64,000 nt of DNA, taken from positions 10,850,001 to 10,914,000 of the forward strand of contig NC_043006.1 of NCBI RefSeq assembly GCF_006345805.1. Reading direction: 5' to 3'. The stretch comes from Octopus sinensis (lineage: Eukaryota). Below the pieces are notes generated by a model, which was not told the DNA's origin, did no database searches, and worked only from the letters and a program-made list of their open reading frames with translations. Positions 63,961-64,000 of the stretch are shown here, piece by piece; within the stretch, counting starts at the first letter, position 1, and each line of letters starts with the position of its first letter. The position numbers were made by a program, and so were the translations under genes.

Positions 63961-64000
63961 TATCAGACGAGGTGGCTTTAGCAAATTGAGACCCCGTTTG

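Overview
AT-rich, microsatellite-dense eukaryotic DNA, most likely from an octopus or other coleoid cephalopod (inferred from repeat content and a mollusc-type GABA receptor exon; not verified). The only confident host coding sequence is a 95-nt exon at 27274-27368 (+). It encodes SYGTSSRFDNATNTIKALLKGYDIRLRPQFG(G), the N-terminus of a GABA-A beta/LCCH3-like Cys-loop chloride channel. The rest of the window appears to be intron or flank of that gene and is filled with transposons. These include a full-length but disabled Tx1-type LINE sitting inside a (GATA)n array, several CR1-group LINEs (one nearly full length, with CCCH zinc fingers), remnants of RLE-type, RTE and Penelope-like elements, a decayed mariner, non-autonomous Helitrons, a GG-ended MITE family with 8-bp TSDs, and more than 30 tRNA-headed SINE copies. 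Most notable are: (1) several hammerhead-ribozyme-like motifs, two of them arranged as long palindromes beside (TA)n; (2) apparent (GATA)n targeting by the Tx1 element; (3) a LINE 3' end that shares a covarying stem-loop with one SINE family; (4) combinatorial head/tail shuffling among the SINEs. All coordinates and alignments were read by eye, so repeat boundaries are approximate.
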